In this document: in pieces, positions 12,120 through 26,300 of the stretch | Numbering within the stretch: position 1 is the stretch's first letter | Layout: each line of letters begins with the position of its first letter | Source of the DNA: Phoronis australis | Taxonomy: Eukaryota; Animalia; Phoronida | Reading direction: 5' to 3' | Assembly: GCA_002633005.1 (NCBI GenBank) | Contig: NMRA01000271.1 | Location: 141,588-205,587 of the forward strand | Length of the DNA: 64,000 nucleotides | Notes under the pieces: model-generated | Database searches by the model: none | Told to the model about the DNA's origin: nothing | Seen by the model: only the letters and a program-made list of their open reading frames with translations | Position numbers and translations under genes: made by a program

Positions 12120-12520
12120 TTACCACAGCGCCACCTCACGATTTTTCTACAAACAGCCTGGACACTGACCAGTGACGGTCCTGAGAACACACCTTCGACA
12201 CAGGTACCACAGCGCCATCTCGGGTCTGTTCCGAGTACACAGCTCTGACCCTTGTACACCAGCATCACTTCAAGAATGTTCTATGAACATGGCCTCAACA
12301 CAGAATTTTCCTGCACCACAGCTCTGCCACAACTTTGACACATTTATGCAGCTACCGCAGCGCCACCTCGTGTGTGTTCAGTGTACAGAGCATTTACACT
12401 GTTCCAGCTACAACAGCAACACCTTATGTCTGTTCCGAGTACACAGCATTGACACTTCTACAGCTGCCAGTGTGCCACCTCATGTCTGTTCTGAATATAC
12501 AGCTTTGACACAGAATGTTT
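12120..12520 (-). repeat. Degenerate ~50-60 bp tandem repeat spanning the NPHP4 stop codon and 3'UTR (also about 13940-14340)
   Basis: Units like gtgtcaaagctgtatattcagaacagacatgaggtggc recur as gtgtcaatgctgtgtactcggaacagacataaggtg and ggtcagagctgtgtactcggaacagacccgagatggcgc. Confidence 0.7.
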
Positions 12521-13011
12521 CCTCATTCTTATCATCTTCGTCGTTAATGAAAATCAAGATCTCCACCATGCCCGGCGCCTGGCTCGGTGCAAACCGCAGT
12601 CCTATTGCTTGAGACTCACTGGCACCGATCTCCAACCTCGAGTCTCTGAACTGCAACAAGTCCTCTCTGTTACTGTGCAGGAGAAACGTCTTGCGATACG
12701 GATAAGGATTCGTGTAAGATATCCTTTTATTACACCCCCGACCTCCGCCAACGGGAAGACGGAGTTCAAACGCTTTGGTAACGACCGGAGCAGTACACTT
12801 GACACAGACTAGCCAATTGCGGAGCAGCTGGTGGTATTCTACGTCCACTACATTAATGTACAGGTATCGAGAGCCAATATTGAGTGGTCGCACGCCTACG
12901 TGGAGTTCGTGTACCGAGTTCGCCGTCAACATGAACTGATCGGTTGGCTCAACGACCATCTCCAGGGGATTGGATGAGTAACACTTGACAAGGCGGGACG
13001 CCTGAGTACCC
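12480..13011 (-). CDS. NPHP4: Second copy of the NPHP4 terminal coding exon (same peptide)
   Basis: The ORF track gives an identical 159-aa translation to 14302-14781, with the same acceptor ctcacag. Confidence 0.7.
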
Positions 13012-14301
13012 CTGTGAGGAAAAGAAACGCGCTATAGAAGTAAATGAATTGTACACGTCATGCTTTTGGGTATTACCACTATGAGCAGGGCCACAAACAA
13101 GCACAATTTTATTTGGAAAAAAAAAATTATTATGATTGTAGCGTGAATTGTGATCATTGTATAGTGACTGAATAAGATTACTTTCACCGTAAGTTGTGTA
13201 TTTTTAGACCGACATCGCACAGTTAAGACTGCAAATCCTTCAAAAGCTGCGACTTTTTAAAGGTCATACAAGTACGTCACAAATAAATATCAAGATATTC
13301 AGGTTAACTTTATGTAAATTTAAATTGTTGTGATGAAACGGTAAAACCAAACCTAGAGTTTCATCTGGCAAGGCAAAATTTAACTTAATATCTACAGTGC
13401 CAAGAGCGTGAACTAGAAGACTCGTACCACGGAATTTTGTCCTGAGCAAAATGAAGATCTGGCGTATTTGCTTCCGACTCGTGCCACTAATCCCAAAGAC
13501 TGAACATCGATATTGTATTGATAGAAATACCTTAAGATCAGTGAAAACCTGNGAACACCAATCATAAATAGTAAGAAACAGGGATTCAGCAATTTTAACA
13601 AAACATTTACAAGACTCACTGCATATGAATGTCCCTCGCGTACATTTAAATAATATACGTTCTTTGTTCATGCCATCACAAAGCAATCCCAGCTGACACT
13701 ACTCTTTGTTTCAACACGACTATGTCAAGCAAGAGAGTATGCAACGTGATGTCCATTGGCTAGCACTTGAAGCAAAACAGTAACCTACCTTGCATCAAAA
13801 AATTGTCTCTACACACCTTGTCATGGGTTACCTTTATGGAAACAATAATTTACTAATAAACTAAAGTTAAAAATGCTATCCTATCTAGTCTATATTTTCA
13901 TCTATTCTACGGAGCATTGAGAAACCCTGATTTATGTAGTTACCACAGCGCCACCTCACGATTTTTCTACAAACAGCCTGGACACTGACCAGTGACTGTC
14001 CTGAGAACACACCTTAGACACAGGTACCACAGCGCCATCTCGGGTCTGTTCCGAGTACACAGCCCTGACCCTTGTACACCAGCATCACTTCAAGAATGTT
14101 CTATGAACATAGCCTCAACACAGAATTTTCCTGCACCACAGCTCTGCCAGAACTTTGACACATTTATGCAGCTACCGCAGCGCCACCTCGTGTGTGTTCA
14201 GTGTACAGAGCATTTACACTTTTCCAGCTACTACAGCAACACCTTATGTCTGTTCCGAGTACACAGCATTGAGTCACTTCTACAGCTGCCACTGTGCTAC
14301 C

Positions 14302-17300
14302 TCATGTCTGTTCTGAGTATACAGCTTTGACACAGAATGTTTCCTCATTCTTATCATCTTCATCGTTAATGAAAATCAAGATCTCCACCATGCCCGGTGC
14401 CTGGCTCGGTGCAAACCGCAGTCCTATTGCTTGAGACTCACTGGCACCGATCTCCAACCTCGAGTCTCTGAATTGCAACAAGTCCTCTCTGTTACTGTGC
14501 AGGAGAAACGTCTTGCGATACGGATAAGGATTCGTGTAAGATATCCTTTTGTTACACCCCCGACCTCCACCGACGGGAAGACGGAGTTCAAACGCTTTGG
14601 TAACCACCGGAGCAGTACACTTGACACAGACTAGCCAATTGCGGAGCAGCTGGTGGTATTCTACGTCCACTACATTAATGTACAGGTATCGAGAGCCAAT
14701 ATTGAGTGGTCGCACGCCTACGTGGAGTTCGTGTACCGAGTTCGCCGTCAACATGAACTGATCGGTTGGCTCAACGACCATCTCCAGGGGATTGGATGAG
14801 TAACACTTGACAAGGCGGGACGCCTGAGTACCCCTGTGAGGAAAAGAAACGCGCTATAGAAGTAAATGAATTGTACACGTCATGCTTTTGGGTATTACCA
14901 CTATGAGCAGGGCCACAAACAAGCACAATTTTATTTGGAAAAAAAAAATTATTATGATTGTAGCGTGAATTGTGATCATTGTATAGTGACTGAATAAGAT
15001 TACTTTCACCGTAAGTTGTGTATTTTTAGACCGACATCGCACAGTTAAGACTGCAAATCCTTCAAAAGCTGCGACTTTTTAAAGGTCATACAAGTACGTC
15101 ACAAATAAATATCAAGATATTCAGGTTAACTTTATGTAAATTTAAATTGTTGTGATGAAACGGTAAAACCAAACCTAGAGTTTCATCTGGCAAGGCAAAA
15201 TTTAACTTAATATCTACAGTGCCAAGAGCGTGAACTAGAAGACTCGTACCACGGAATTTTGTCCTGAGCAAAATGAAGATCTGGCGTATTTGCTTCCGAC
15301 TCGTGCCACTAATCCCAAAGACTGAACATCGATATTGTATTGATAGAAATACCTTAAGATCAGTGAAAACCTGCTCGTCTGTCCCTCGATACACGAGACA
15401 TCAACCCTCTGGAGAGAGTGCACAAAGAATTGCCAGATCTGTAGAGGCTTGGACAAGAATGGGTCGGAGTAGATGGCAACAAAGAATGTCTTGGTCTGAG
15501 GAGAAGCACCACAAGCGCACTGCAACGGAGTGATGAGTTTGCATTTTATGAGCATTTGAAGTTGTCTCTATGAAAACATTCGTGTCATAAAACTTGGAAG
15601 AACTTTAAGGTTACGTAACACTTTATTGATCAGTCTGCGTTAATTAGCTCATTTGGAAATATCTACAGAACTATAGATTTTTAACTCGATAAAAGTATAC
15701 ATTTTCAGCAAGTAAAAAGTCTGTAGAATTTGATTTTTGACTTTTTACCAATATGCCATTAATTGGGTCACGTGACCATGTCTTTTTAAGTAAAATTTAA
15801 TGAAAAGGAAAGTACATTGACAGCAAAACAATGGTATCCATAACATGACTGAATTTTATTTGATATAAATGTTCAAGAGGAGAACTCAAAAATGCTGTCA
15901 CGGTTTTCTTAAATGTTTTATTTAACATGCAGCTTTAGAGATTCTTCATGGAAATTATTAAAAACTTATTTTTGATAGAACCTGATTAAAAAGAGAATAA
16001 TTTTAAAAACAATTCCTACTAGCGTTTTAGCGAACAATGCATAAAGCATAGTATCTGAAAGTTTCATATGAATCTATCTGATGAGCCATTTCCGAGACAC
16101 GATGTTCCAAAAATAGCCAAATCTGGACATTTTCTAGGGTCCTACATAATCATAAAGAGGAAAAATATGATTTTTGATTTTCATCCCAGGTGTACAGATT
16201 ATATGCAAAAGATTACAGCTAAGTAGCAATACTGTAATGTACAAACAACCAGTAAGCTCATGTGGTCATTTATAGATAATTAACAAACCTAAAACAAATC
16301 ATATAATCATCCGAAAAGAACTCAGTCAAATTTCTTAGAAATCGAAGCAAAGTATTATCGTTATGCCAGCATTTTATTCAACATGTGTGCATCCAGAATG
16401 CTCAGTGCAGAGACCTCTAGTGGACAAATAAGGGGCCCTTTAGATTCCTTCATATCAGCAACATGACAAGTCAAGTAGCAAAGATCCACGGTCCAAAAAC
16501 ACTTGTGGATTCACAGATTGTGGATTCAGAGCTGTTGCAAACTTCACGCGACATACGCTTATTTCAGGCCTCTTGATTGCTCCTTGACAATGTCACTTAC
16601 CTTGATGAATATGTCCTGAGGCTCCTCCTGTTGAGTGGGCTTGGAATCACAGATAACATTGGGGTCACTACAGCGTACATACAGCTGATTGTAGACAGGG
16701 CCTGCTGCATTGGCGCCTAAAATTCACAAAGCCATTGAACGGTTTAATTCTGAGATAGCTGACTAAGATTTCCCTTTGAATGTTTTCACTTTAAATATTT
16801 GTCTTTCAAAACAGTGTTAGTGCCTCACATTTATCCAACCAGCCAGTAAACAGTCAACATAATAATAGACGATCTCAGCAAAACGAACATTTTACACTTG
16901 AGAACAGCTGAATACAAACCTTCCCTACAATGCAAAATCAGTGCCAGGGATATTGCAAGTTTAATTTATTAGCTACGGGGAAGCAATAGGCTTCTCCAGC
17001 AACAATTGCTGAGTGCGGGCTGAACTTGATGCTCGGGTCAATCTAGCAAACGGAACCAGACATGTTGCCTTTGGCAAATAAAATGACGAGACGTCATGCA
17101 TTTCAGCTTTGCCAACTACGATCTTCTGCACTCAAGATATGTCAGGTTTTCCTTAACTCAGAAATTGCTTCTAATCTCGGAAAGATACAAACTGAGACCA
17201 AGCACAGGAATCCGCGGGTCAAAACCGAAACTTGTTTTCGAAAAAGAAACTTGCCAAGGCATGTACATACTAGCAGCTTAAACTCACCTGGTAACGAGTG

Positions 17301-20300
17301 AAAGGGGGGAAGGCGGATGGATTTTTTCAGGAATGACTGCTCAGGGTGGTGGAACCTGAATGTCTGGTCGACCACGTGAGGCTGGGGGTCAACATGAACA
17401 CCCAGAACTGAGATAATTTTACCCTCCAGAGTCTTGAAGTATACCTGTGAGCAAAACAAATAACAACGGTGCAATTATTAGATCTGTGCAGCAAATTACG
17501 CACAGGGTTCCTTAATACAGAAACAAGGCTAATGAAAACCAAACCAAGGCTTCAGATGAAATTGAATTTTTCTATACGCTCTTGTCACACCTTTACTTTT
17601 GTTAATCTATGTTTAAAAACCCTAACGGATATACCTGAAATAGCAAGAAAACTTATCCAAATTCATTGATAAATTAATTATGTAGTTTATGTAGCCAAAT
17701 GATCGGTCCATTTTATTTCGCTAAAAGCGAATGTAAGATGTATTGTTATGAATCTGTCAGGCGTGTACAAACCATGTTCAGCCAGGTTGACTACCTTCAC
17801 CGTTGAAATGGATGGGGGTAAAGCTATATGCAAGGGTATTATGAATTGAAGATTTGGAAAATTAGGGAGAGAGAGCGTTTAGCCGAACATGGCCATTAAC
17901 CTGGACATTGTGAATTGAACTTCATCATACTTTCCTTTACAACAATTTACGGCCTAAAACTAACTGGTTATAAGCTTGGAGGAAAAGAGTAGAGAGACTA
18001 CGGGAAAACATACTAAGCAATACAAAAATAATTTACCTTGATGAGGCGAGAGGCCAAACCGAGCTCTTTTTTCTTATCCTGATGTAATGGCATGGGATGA
18101 GGACGGAATGGGTCAGATGGACCCTGTAACACAACAATTCACGTGACATTTCGCCTACATACAAAAACAACGCTGACAATCCTTTTGAAGGTGAACTACA
18201 TTGTCAAACAGTTTGTTTTTAGCCAAAATATGAGTACGAACTTTAAAATCAGCGCATATGCAAATAACGACATATTGATCAACGTTTCAATTGATTGTCT
18301 CTAAACCATTCTTGGTAAGAGCTCAGGAAGTTTGCTACAACTTGAGATCAATACATTAAATGAATTCACTCGTCTCATGCACCAGAGAACTGCCATTCAT
18401 CCCCAGACCCACAAATCATTGTATTCTGACTGAAGTTGAGACCAACTTCATACATTTGGCAAGAGCTCTAAATCAGACAATGTTGAAAGATGGCAGGTAA
18501 GTCGCAGGCTAAAGCTGAACACTGAAAAAATTTACAGTTCCAAACAAAAGACTGTCTAAAAATACCTGCTGCGGTACGCTGTGATCCGCGTGTAAAGTGA
18601 GAAACTTAAATGGCACGTTGACCGTCTCCTTGGGTCGCAGGAACACCTCTGGATACTCTGATGTCCCTTGAGTGTTGAACATGGACTCTTCCACGGGGGT
18701 CGTGATACTGTTGAGGTGCTTGAAGAACCGCCACTCCCTTGTGTCCGTTATCACGCTAAAAATGGAACCAAACCTCACATTTAAGAGACAAAGGATTTCC
18801 AACACGTTGGTCATTAAAATAAACACATTTCCATTCAAGAGGTCTTGCTCCAGGGTCTAACCACTGAACTCCGACTCCACTCAGACTAAAAACTTAACCA
18901 TTGGAGTAGAAATTTACAAGTTTTTCTCGAAATGTGCCATGGAACTGGTCAATTTTAAAGTCTGAATTTCAAGCACAGTGACTATACGCTGGGGGTCTGG
19001 ACCCAGTAGCATGAAAGGTACACACTAGATAACAACGCTACCATACATCACTTTGCTAAAATTCAACGATCTTTAGCATTTTATGGAACCCAGCCTGGTG
19101 ACTGTAGAAGCAGGACGCCAAGTGTGGTTGCTATTGGTTACCAACAGAAATGTGGTGAGCTTGAAGGCTAAATGCATTATATAGGACACGTCAAAAGTAT
19201 TGAAATGTTAATTGTATTTATTTACCTACACTCAAGAAATAAAATAAAAAATGGCCCAGAATTCCCTGTCATGATGGCTGGTAAGAATCCAAATTCATGG
19301 TCAGGGTAGTCTCCCCTGATGACTGAGAATGAAGGGGAATTAGCAGAGAACTTCATACAGTGGCTAAGCCACTCTGTAATTAGAACTTTACCATGATAAT
19401 ATTTCTTACCAATCATTTTAATTTGCAGCTAACGGAATTATTCATTATGACAGGAAACCCACATTCTGTCTGATCACTTATCACGTAATGTATGATGCAT
19501 ATGAAAGTCAATGATACACAAATGACTCAAAGTAAGGTAGTCACATCAACTGACAATAGATAGCGCCACTGCATCATTGCTTATCAGGAGTCATGGCGGG
19601 TAGGCACAGATGAGTTCTTCAATACACAAGTCTGATTGACTTTCTGAGTTGGACTGCTGGCTCAATCGGCAAGTCATTTTCTGCCCAGATTAAAAAAGGC
19701 TCAAATTCTACACAACAATTTTTGAAACAACAAACCGTGTAAAAGGTAATACCCCTGAGTCAACTTACTATAGCTCAGGATCATCCCACTCAATCCTGAC
19801 TGTATGCTGTGTGTTATAAGGATTACGGAGGACAAACTCAAAGAACTCTGTGGTTCCCATCGATGGGTTGACTGTGTACTCCGTGGTAATGGCCTGGCTC
19901 AGCATATTCAGTATTCCCGTCTTCTTAGTTTGCTGACGAAACAAGTCGATGGTCTTGAGGTCTCGCGTCCTCTCGGATTTTTCTCTCTTGTACGTCTACA
20001 ATAATGTTCATCGCTGACTAATTTATTTTTCCAATTTAGACCCGCCTGACAACTTTTTGCTGCTCTACGTACTGTTGCAAACATTAACCATAATTTGAAA
20101 GCCACAAAATGATAGCTTACAGCTTCCAACATAGTTTAAATTATACTTTTAATTATAATTAAAACCTACTTAAAAGTCAAACATTTAAAAAAATATAAAC
20201 AAGATATTTGACATTTCCTCACAAACGACCTCAGGCCTCTTGAAGTTCTGAGATCAGTAGAACATTACGTAAATGAGAATGAGAAAACCAGGACTGAGGA

Positions 20301-23300
20301 TGGGAGGGACAGAGGTAGGGAGGGAGGGAGAGAAGGACGGAGAGAGGGAGGGAGGGAGAGAAAGCTGAGGAAGCCACCACAGATCAGCAAAATTATTATC
20401 ACATCACAACTACTAACTGTGAAAGACTGTAGGCGAGGCACATTCTCTGCCCCCTGGGCTTTTCTAACTGCCTCCATTCGAGCCAGTTTTCTCTTTGTCT
20501 GTGAGTCCAACTCGGGTTTGTTGGATGACTCATCCAACGGAACACCTCCGGTGCTTTGCGAGTGTAATATGGAAGCCAGTTCATTGTTAACTTCCGCCAC
20601 ATGGTGCGCACGGTAGACACGAGACCTTTTTTGTCCTAGAAGAAAATGAAGAAAATGTAAGAAACCTAAATAATGTTTTGAACATGCCATGATAGGGCTG
20701 ACTTCTAAATCGTTGAACCTGTGTTTTACTGGTCTTACTTTTTATAGATACTCTAGGACCTACCGGTAATTTACTCCATACCTACATGGTTTAGTCAGTT
20801 TGGAAACAAGACTTAGCAACTATAATAACGCTATTCCGATTTATTCTAAATCTTGGACTGATATTTGAATTCAGTTTCATCATTTTCAGTTTTGTGAAAG
20901 AGATGTCGTCGCTGCTCTGCATTTCACTCGTAACAAACCATCATTTATTAATGAATCTTGCTACCAACTGCGAAGCCAGAACCAAAGTGAATAACAGCCA
21001 AGATGCACTAAAAATAAATAACTAAAGATAAAATCTCACCAATTTTGGACAAACAATTGCCAAAACTTTTTTTTTTTCATTTTTCAAAGACTTTTAACAT
21101 CATAGCGAACATCCGCTATTTTTCAAGTTTTGTTTGATTGTAGATGTAGAACAAAACTTGAACGTGCAATATCACTTCATTTTGGGCTACGTATGCTTCA
21201 TGGAAAAAAACAAAATAAAATTTCACTGGTCGGCCATATTGTGTCCTAAATTGGCGAGATGTTACCGCGGTGTATACACTCAGCTGTGTCCTCACCAGTT
21301 ATGCCGGCGTTCAGACTGCCTCCCAGAAAGGACCCTTTGTTTGTAAGGTTCTCACACACCACCAGTCTGTTCTTCATTAAAGGCACGGTTTCTTAAAAGA
21401 AAATTGAGTCGCATAATTCTGGATGGTCAGACTAATAAAGGGAGGAAGGGAAGTAAGCTTTCCTGGATGGAGAAAGATGCATTGCAACTATAATCAGTGA
21501 ATTACTTTCAAATTATATATAAAAATGAAAAAAACATAATTTCCTGATAATTTTACTAAGAAGTTCCAACAAAAATAATGTGAAGACTAGTAAAGACTAT
21601 TACATATTTATTCTGTAATAATTACCTTTCATATCTTTGATAATCGCAATGTCAGTTTTTAAGATTTCTATTTTACAACCCAGGCAATTTATTTCACATT
21701 TGTAACTTTTTTGTAATATTACACGCCACTGCACATGTTCCCCATCGTGTATTGAAGATAACTAAATTCTTAATTATGTCTCATGACTAATAATATATGA
21801 TTCTTCGACCCGAAAACCTTGTAATTCAAATAGAAAAAATTAAAACAAAACAGTCAGCTTAACAGACATTCTGAAAATAGTTACCAGCTTTATTTAACTT
21901 CTGTTCCACTGGATAACCAATGTTAGCCAATCTGAGGTGCAGTCGACCCCGCAGAGATACGTCCACCCCCACTGGGTGAACACTACCTCCGCGACTGGCA
22001 TCCCCAATGAGAGACGATGACTCATCAGAGAACTCATGATTGACGACATCAAGTTCATAGGTCACCTGTACCGCCTCCCGACCTTGGCGACACAAATGCT
22101 GGAAAGTAAAGAAAACCCCGCTTGAGCATAAACAAGTTTTGATACCTCTAACTCAAAACCGCACAAAAAATGTATATGTAATTAACTTCTAAGTCTTCAA
22201 AGACAAATGAAATGTCACTGCAACTATTTTACTAACATAAGATTTAAACGTTGATATCCAATTTCTGTTTTCAATTGTACATACACAGGTCGTAAGTACC
22301 AAGATACTCATTTTATTTCAAAAACAAAGTTAACACTGTGTGAAGGAAATTTTACCACAAGCATCTTAACGAAAACTTCTTGATTTCCATTTTAATCATC
22401 ATTTTTTCAAAACATACAGAATTTGTCACTTGATTTGAATTGATAAAAATCTCTAAACTTCACATTGGATAAGCTTCAAAACTTCAGAGTAAAAATGCAG
22501 ACACATAATACCTGTGATTTACAAAGTGTTTCTATAAATTAGTACTTAATATATCTTTCAACTGATGAAACTTTAGTTATAACTTATTCTTAAGTGGTGG
22601 AAATGGCAGCAATTTTGAATGTTAGGTAAGTTTAAGGTTATGCAGGACCTTATTGATAAATCTGTGTATTTAGACATTAAATATCTACAAAACTAATAGA
22701 GTTTAACTCTGACTGTAAAAGTATACACTTTTTGAAAGTGGTAAATCTGTATAACTTGATTTGTCACTATTTACCAATCTGCCAATTATAAGGTCACAGG
22801 ACCACATCTTTGTAGTAAAATTAAGTAAAACAAGCTGTTTAATAGTAAAACTGCGATGTTAAAAACATGATCGGATTTTGATTAACGAAAATTTCAGATC
22901 AAATCTCAAAAACACTCACATCTGCACCATTTTTCTGAAAATCCTGTTCGTTTATAGCTCTGGTCAAAGAACAAGTCTATCTTATGCAACACTTATCCCA
23001 CAAATGTGTTTTTGGCCAGAAAATCGACAACGTTTCTTTATTTGACACCCCTCTGCCATAATGTAAGTCACACATGTTCAAGCCCCCACAATTCAATGCT
23101 CACACTATCAACACAAACTACAAAACCTTCCCTTAACTGTCCATCTCTTGACTACCAACCTTCAGTTCCACTGTAGACGATCCAATCAGAAGTAAGGAGT
23201 CCCCGTCCCACACATCGATATGCAGAGTCTGCTTAGACAGATGTTTCCCAAACAATGGTAGTTCCCCAGGCTTCATATAGGTGGGGTCCATGTGATATTT

Positions 23301-26300
23301 TACCTGAAGAGGAGGCAAAAAGGTCACTGAACAGTCTTCAGCGAACAGTGAGTCATCCTCAACCAATAATAAAGAGTGTAGTTGACTTAAATAACCACGA
23401 TGAAATGCATTCTCAACAAAATTTAGTTTTGGCAACAAAAACAAATAAAAACATGACGGGAGTAAGTATTTCATCTTTTTCACATCATCTGTGCATCCAC
23501 TCTCCACTTCAGCTTTTATTTTATTATTATTTATCATAATAGCTTTCATACTTGAGTATTACTTGACATCATTACTACAGATTTGTTTGTGAATCTGTCT
23601 TGTACAGTACTGCACTATATTGTATAGGAGCATTATTCTATGGTTTAGTCAATGTTCAGTAAATCAAAACAAATTTGAAAGACAGTCGAGGGTTTTCAAC
23701 ATGGATTATTTTTTTCAAAATAAAGTGATTCCAGCAGTGCTTAATAATTTAATACTGAACTTTTTTTCAATGATTTTAGAATCATAATTTTTAAAGTGAC
23801 GTATAAAAAACACTTGAAGACAGAAATGCTTTAATATTTAAACTTGTTCTAAATGATTGTATGGATGGTGTCCCTTAAATTCAAACAGTGGCCTCAAGGC
23901 AAACGTAATTGAATACCATTCAAGCATTTATTCATACTAGAATTCTGCATGTCTGCGACAAACAACTTCAAAATTAAAGAATCCAAAAACGAAACAAGAA
24001 CTACACAATGACTCATTAATTATAATCAGTTTTAATTCTCGGCTCCAAATCAAAATCCACATTTTACTCTCACCTGATAACCAGGCGATGCGTTCATCAC
24101 AGATCCGTCTGCATTCAGTTTCTGCAGAACGCTGGGGAAGGATTCTGGACTGGCTGATAAGTCTCCCTCCACCTTTCCCAGTAGAAGTCTGGAACAGGCC
24201 AAACAAAACAAACATTAGGCAAGACAAACCAGCACTCTGAGAGTGAGGCTACTTTAGAAAAATACAACACACATGCGAAACATCAGTTACATTTTTGGTC
24301 TTTGCTTTGTTTGCAAATATCTGTACGTTTTACTACCGAACCAGAAGCTAATATGAAAAGCATAGTTGTGAAATCTCGCCAATCTAGGACAGCTAGAATA
24401 AGGTGCATATTAAGTGAAATTTATCTTTTCAGTTTTACATAAAAGATATGTAGCATAAAATTACTAACTGCTTTTACGTGCTCAAGAAAACTAGTGCGCC
24501 TTTACAATAACGTTAAAAATCCCTAGTTTGCAAAACAAAAACATCAATTTTGAAAATTATCTTTGTCCAATATTGATGGTTACCATATTTCTATAATTTC
24601 ATGGATGTGATGGAACGAAAAAAGTAAGTCCATTTGAATAACTCATAATTTGACAACATACACGGAGCTGGATTAATCATTTTTATAGTTTACATCAGTT
24701 AAAAGCCTATTATGGTAATTGATGATCATACAGAATTCACTTCGTACCTCTCCGTTGTGACTTGTGGAAATCTGTAGAACTGGAAGGTAAAAAAGATGGT
24801 GCCGTGTTGTTTGGACTGCGACGGCATCTGGTTGGCTCTGCAATAGACGTTATGGCAAGCTCAATGTCAAAACAATAGCGAAGAACGGTTCTCAAATTTT
24901 GTTATCAACTCACTGATAACCCACACCTAACTCCATCTGGTGTTTAGCCACAGAACTGATTGATGACCTTAATGTCTCAATTTATGCACACCTAACTCCA
25001 TCTAGTATTTAGTCACAGAAATAGCCCCTCAAGCCAGCTAAGTGAGCCTGATCTCAAGAATTATCTAGTAGCAGTATGTTCTTCCCTAGGCCAGAAATCA
25101 CTTCCCATTCGAGAAAGGAACCAGACAGTTGACATGAATCCTATAACCTTATGGCGAGTGGGTTAACTCAAAAGTTGTCTTTGACAGAAGATGGGTGCAA
25201 AGCAAACCCAGAAAAAGTGATGAAAGTGTGCCCAAGAATAGTTGCAGAGACACAAACAATTCTCAAACGTACACTCGATGGAAAGATGAAGATTTGTCAT
25301 GAATTAAATTTCAATTCATTGAGTTTATTTGCCTCACATCAACGAGGCATGACTCACCGTGAAAATGCCAAGAACTGAAGAATAACCTCATTACACTGTA
25401 GGTGGTCGTTCAGCTCAGCGTTGATGTGAAAGTTGATTTGGTCGGTCGGGTCCACCACCTCGGGAGCCTCTTGGAAACGATCGAGGATCGGAGGGAAACC
25501 GGCGTTGTACAATCGGGCATAGGCAGCGCGTGACAGGCCCTGGCCACTTCATAAGGGGAAATAATACATAAGAGTGTCAGAAGGATTACAAGAACAAAAA
25601 CAAGTCAATGATAAAACAAAGTACCTTTTGGGTAAATACAGATACAGATACGACATCTGTACACCTTGTATTTAATGTAGATGTATTACACTTCGAAATA
25701 AAATATGAAAAACATGGTCATGGTGTCACAGCAATGCAGCAGGACTTTTTCACTGTGACCCAGACGAATGGATGAATTCCCCAGACCAAATCTCATGTGA
25801 GAAAAAGTGAGATCACACAAGAGCACACAAAATTAAGCACGTGAAACATCGAGTGTTTTGCGAGACTACAGAGACAGGTGCTGCTGAAGTGACTAGTCAG
25901 CGAGACTGGACTGTTGAATCGCGAGTCACAGAAAATTCAGCTTCTGTTCAACAGCGAACATTTCCCCATGCGTCTCGTCCAAATTTTGCAGTGTTTACAG
26001 GACGCACCAGAGTTTATCTCAGCAGACACCTTTGACACTATCAAAAAATCTCACCAATTTAGGACACAATATGGCCGACAAGAGTAATGGTATTTTCTCA
26101 TTTTTCTAAGAAAGACATGTAGCATCAAATCAATGTCTTCCCACGTTCTAGTTCTGTATCCTATCTATCATCGGACAATGTTTGGAAAATAAGGGTAATT
26201 CGCAATATTTTTAGAAGCCCTTGACAATTGAGAAAAACGACAATTTGAGCAATAATTACTTTTGGCTGAAATTGGTGAGATTATTTCGTATGGACTCAAT

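Larger units (their letters stand above)
11739..15373. repeat. Direct 1.8-kb duplication (11739-13551 and 13553-15373) separated by N; probable uncollapsed haplotype
   Basis: Two near-identical copies of the NPHP4 last intron, last exon and 3'UTR with scattered SNPs and small indels; the junction is exactly at N 13552. Confidence 0.85.

Noticed and set aside
12172-12612. 146-aa plus-strand ORF (and the 13992-14330 copy)
   Set aside because: Antisense to the NPHP4 last exon and UTR repeat; the frame is not preserved between the two copies.
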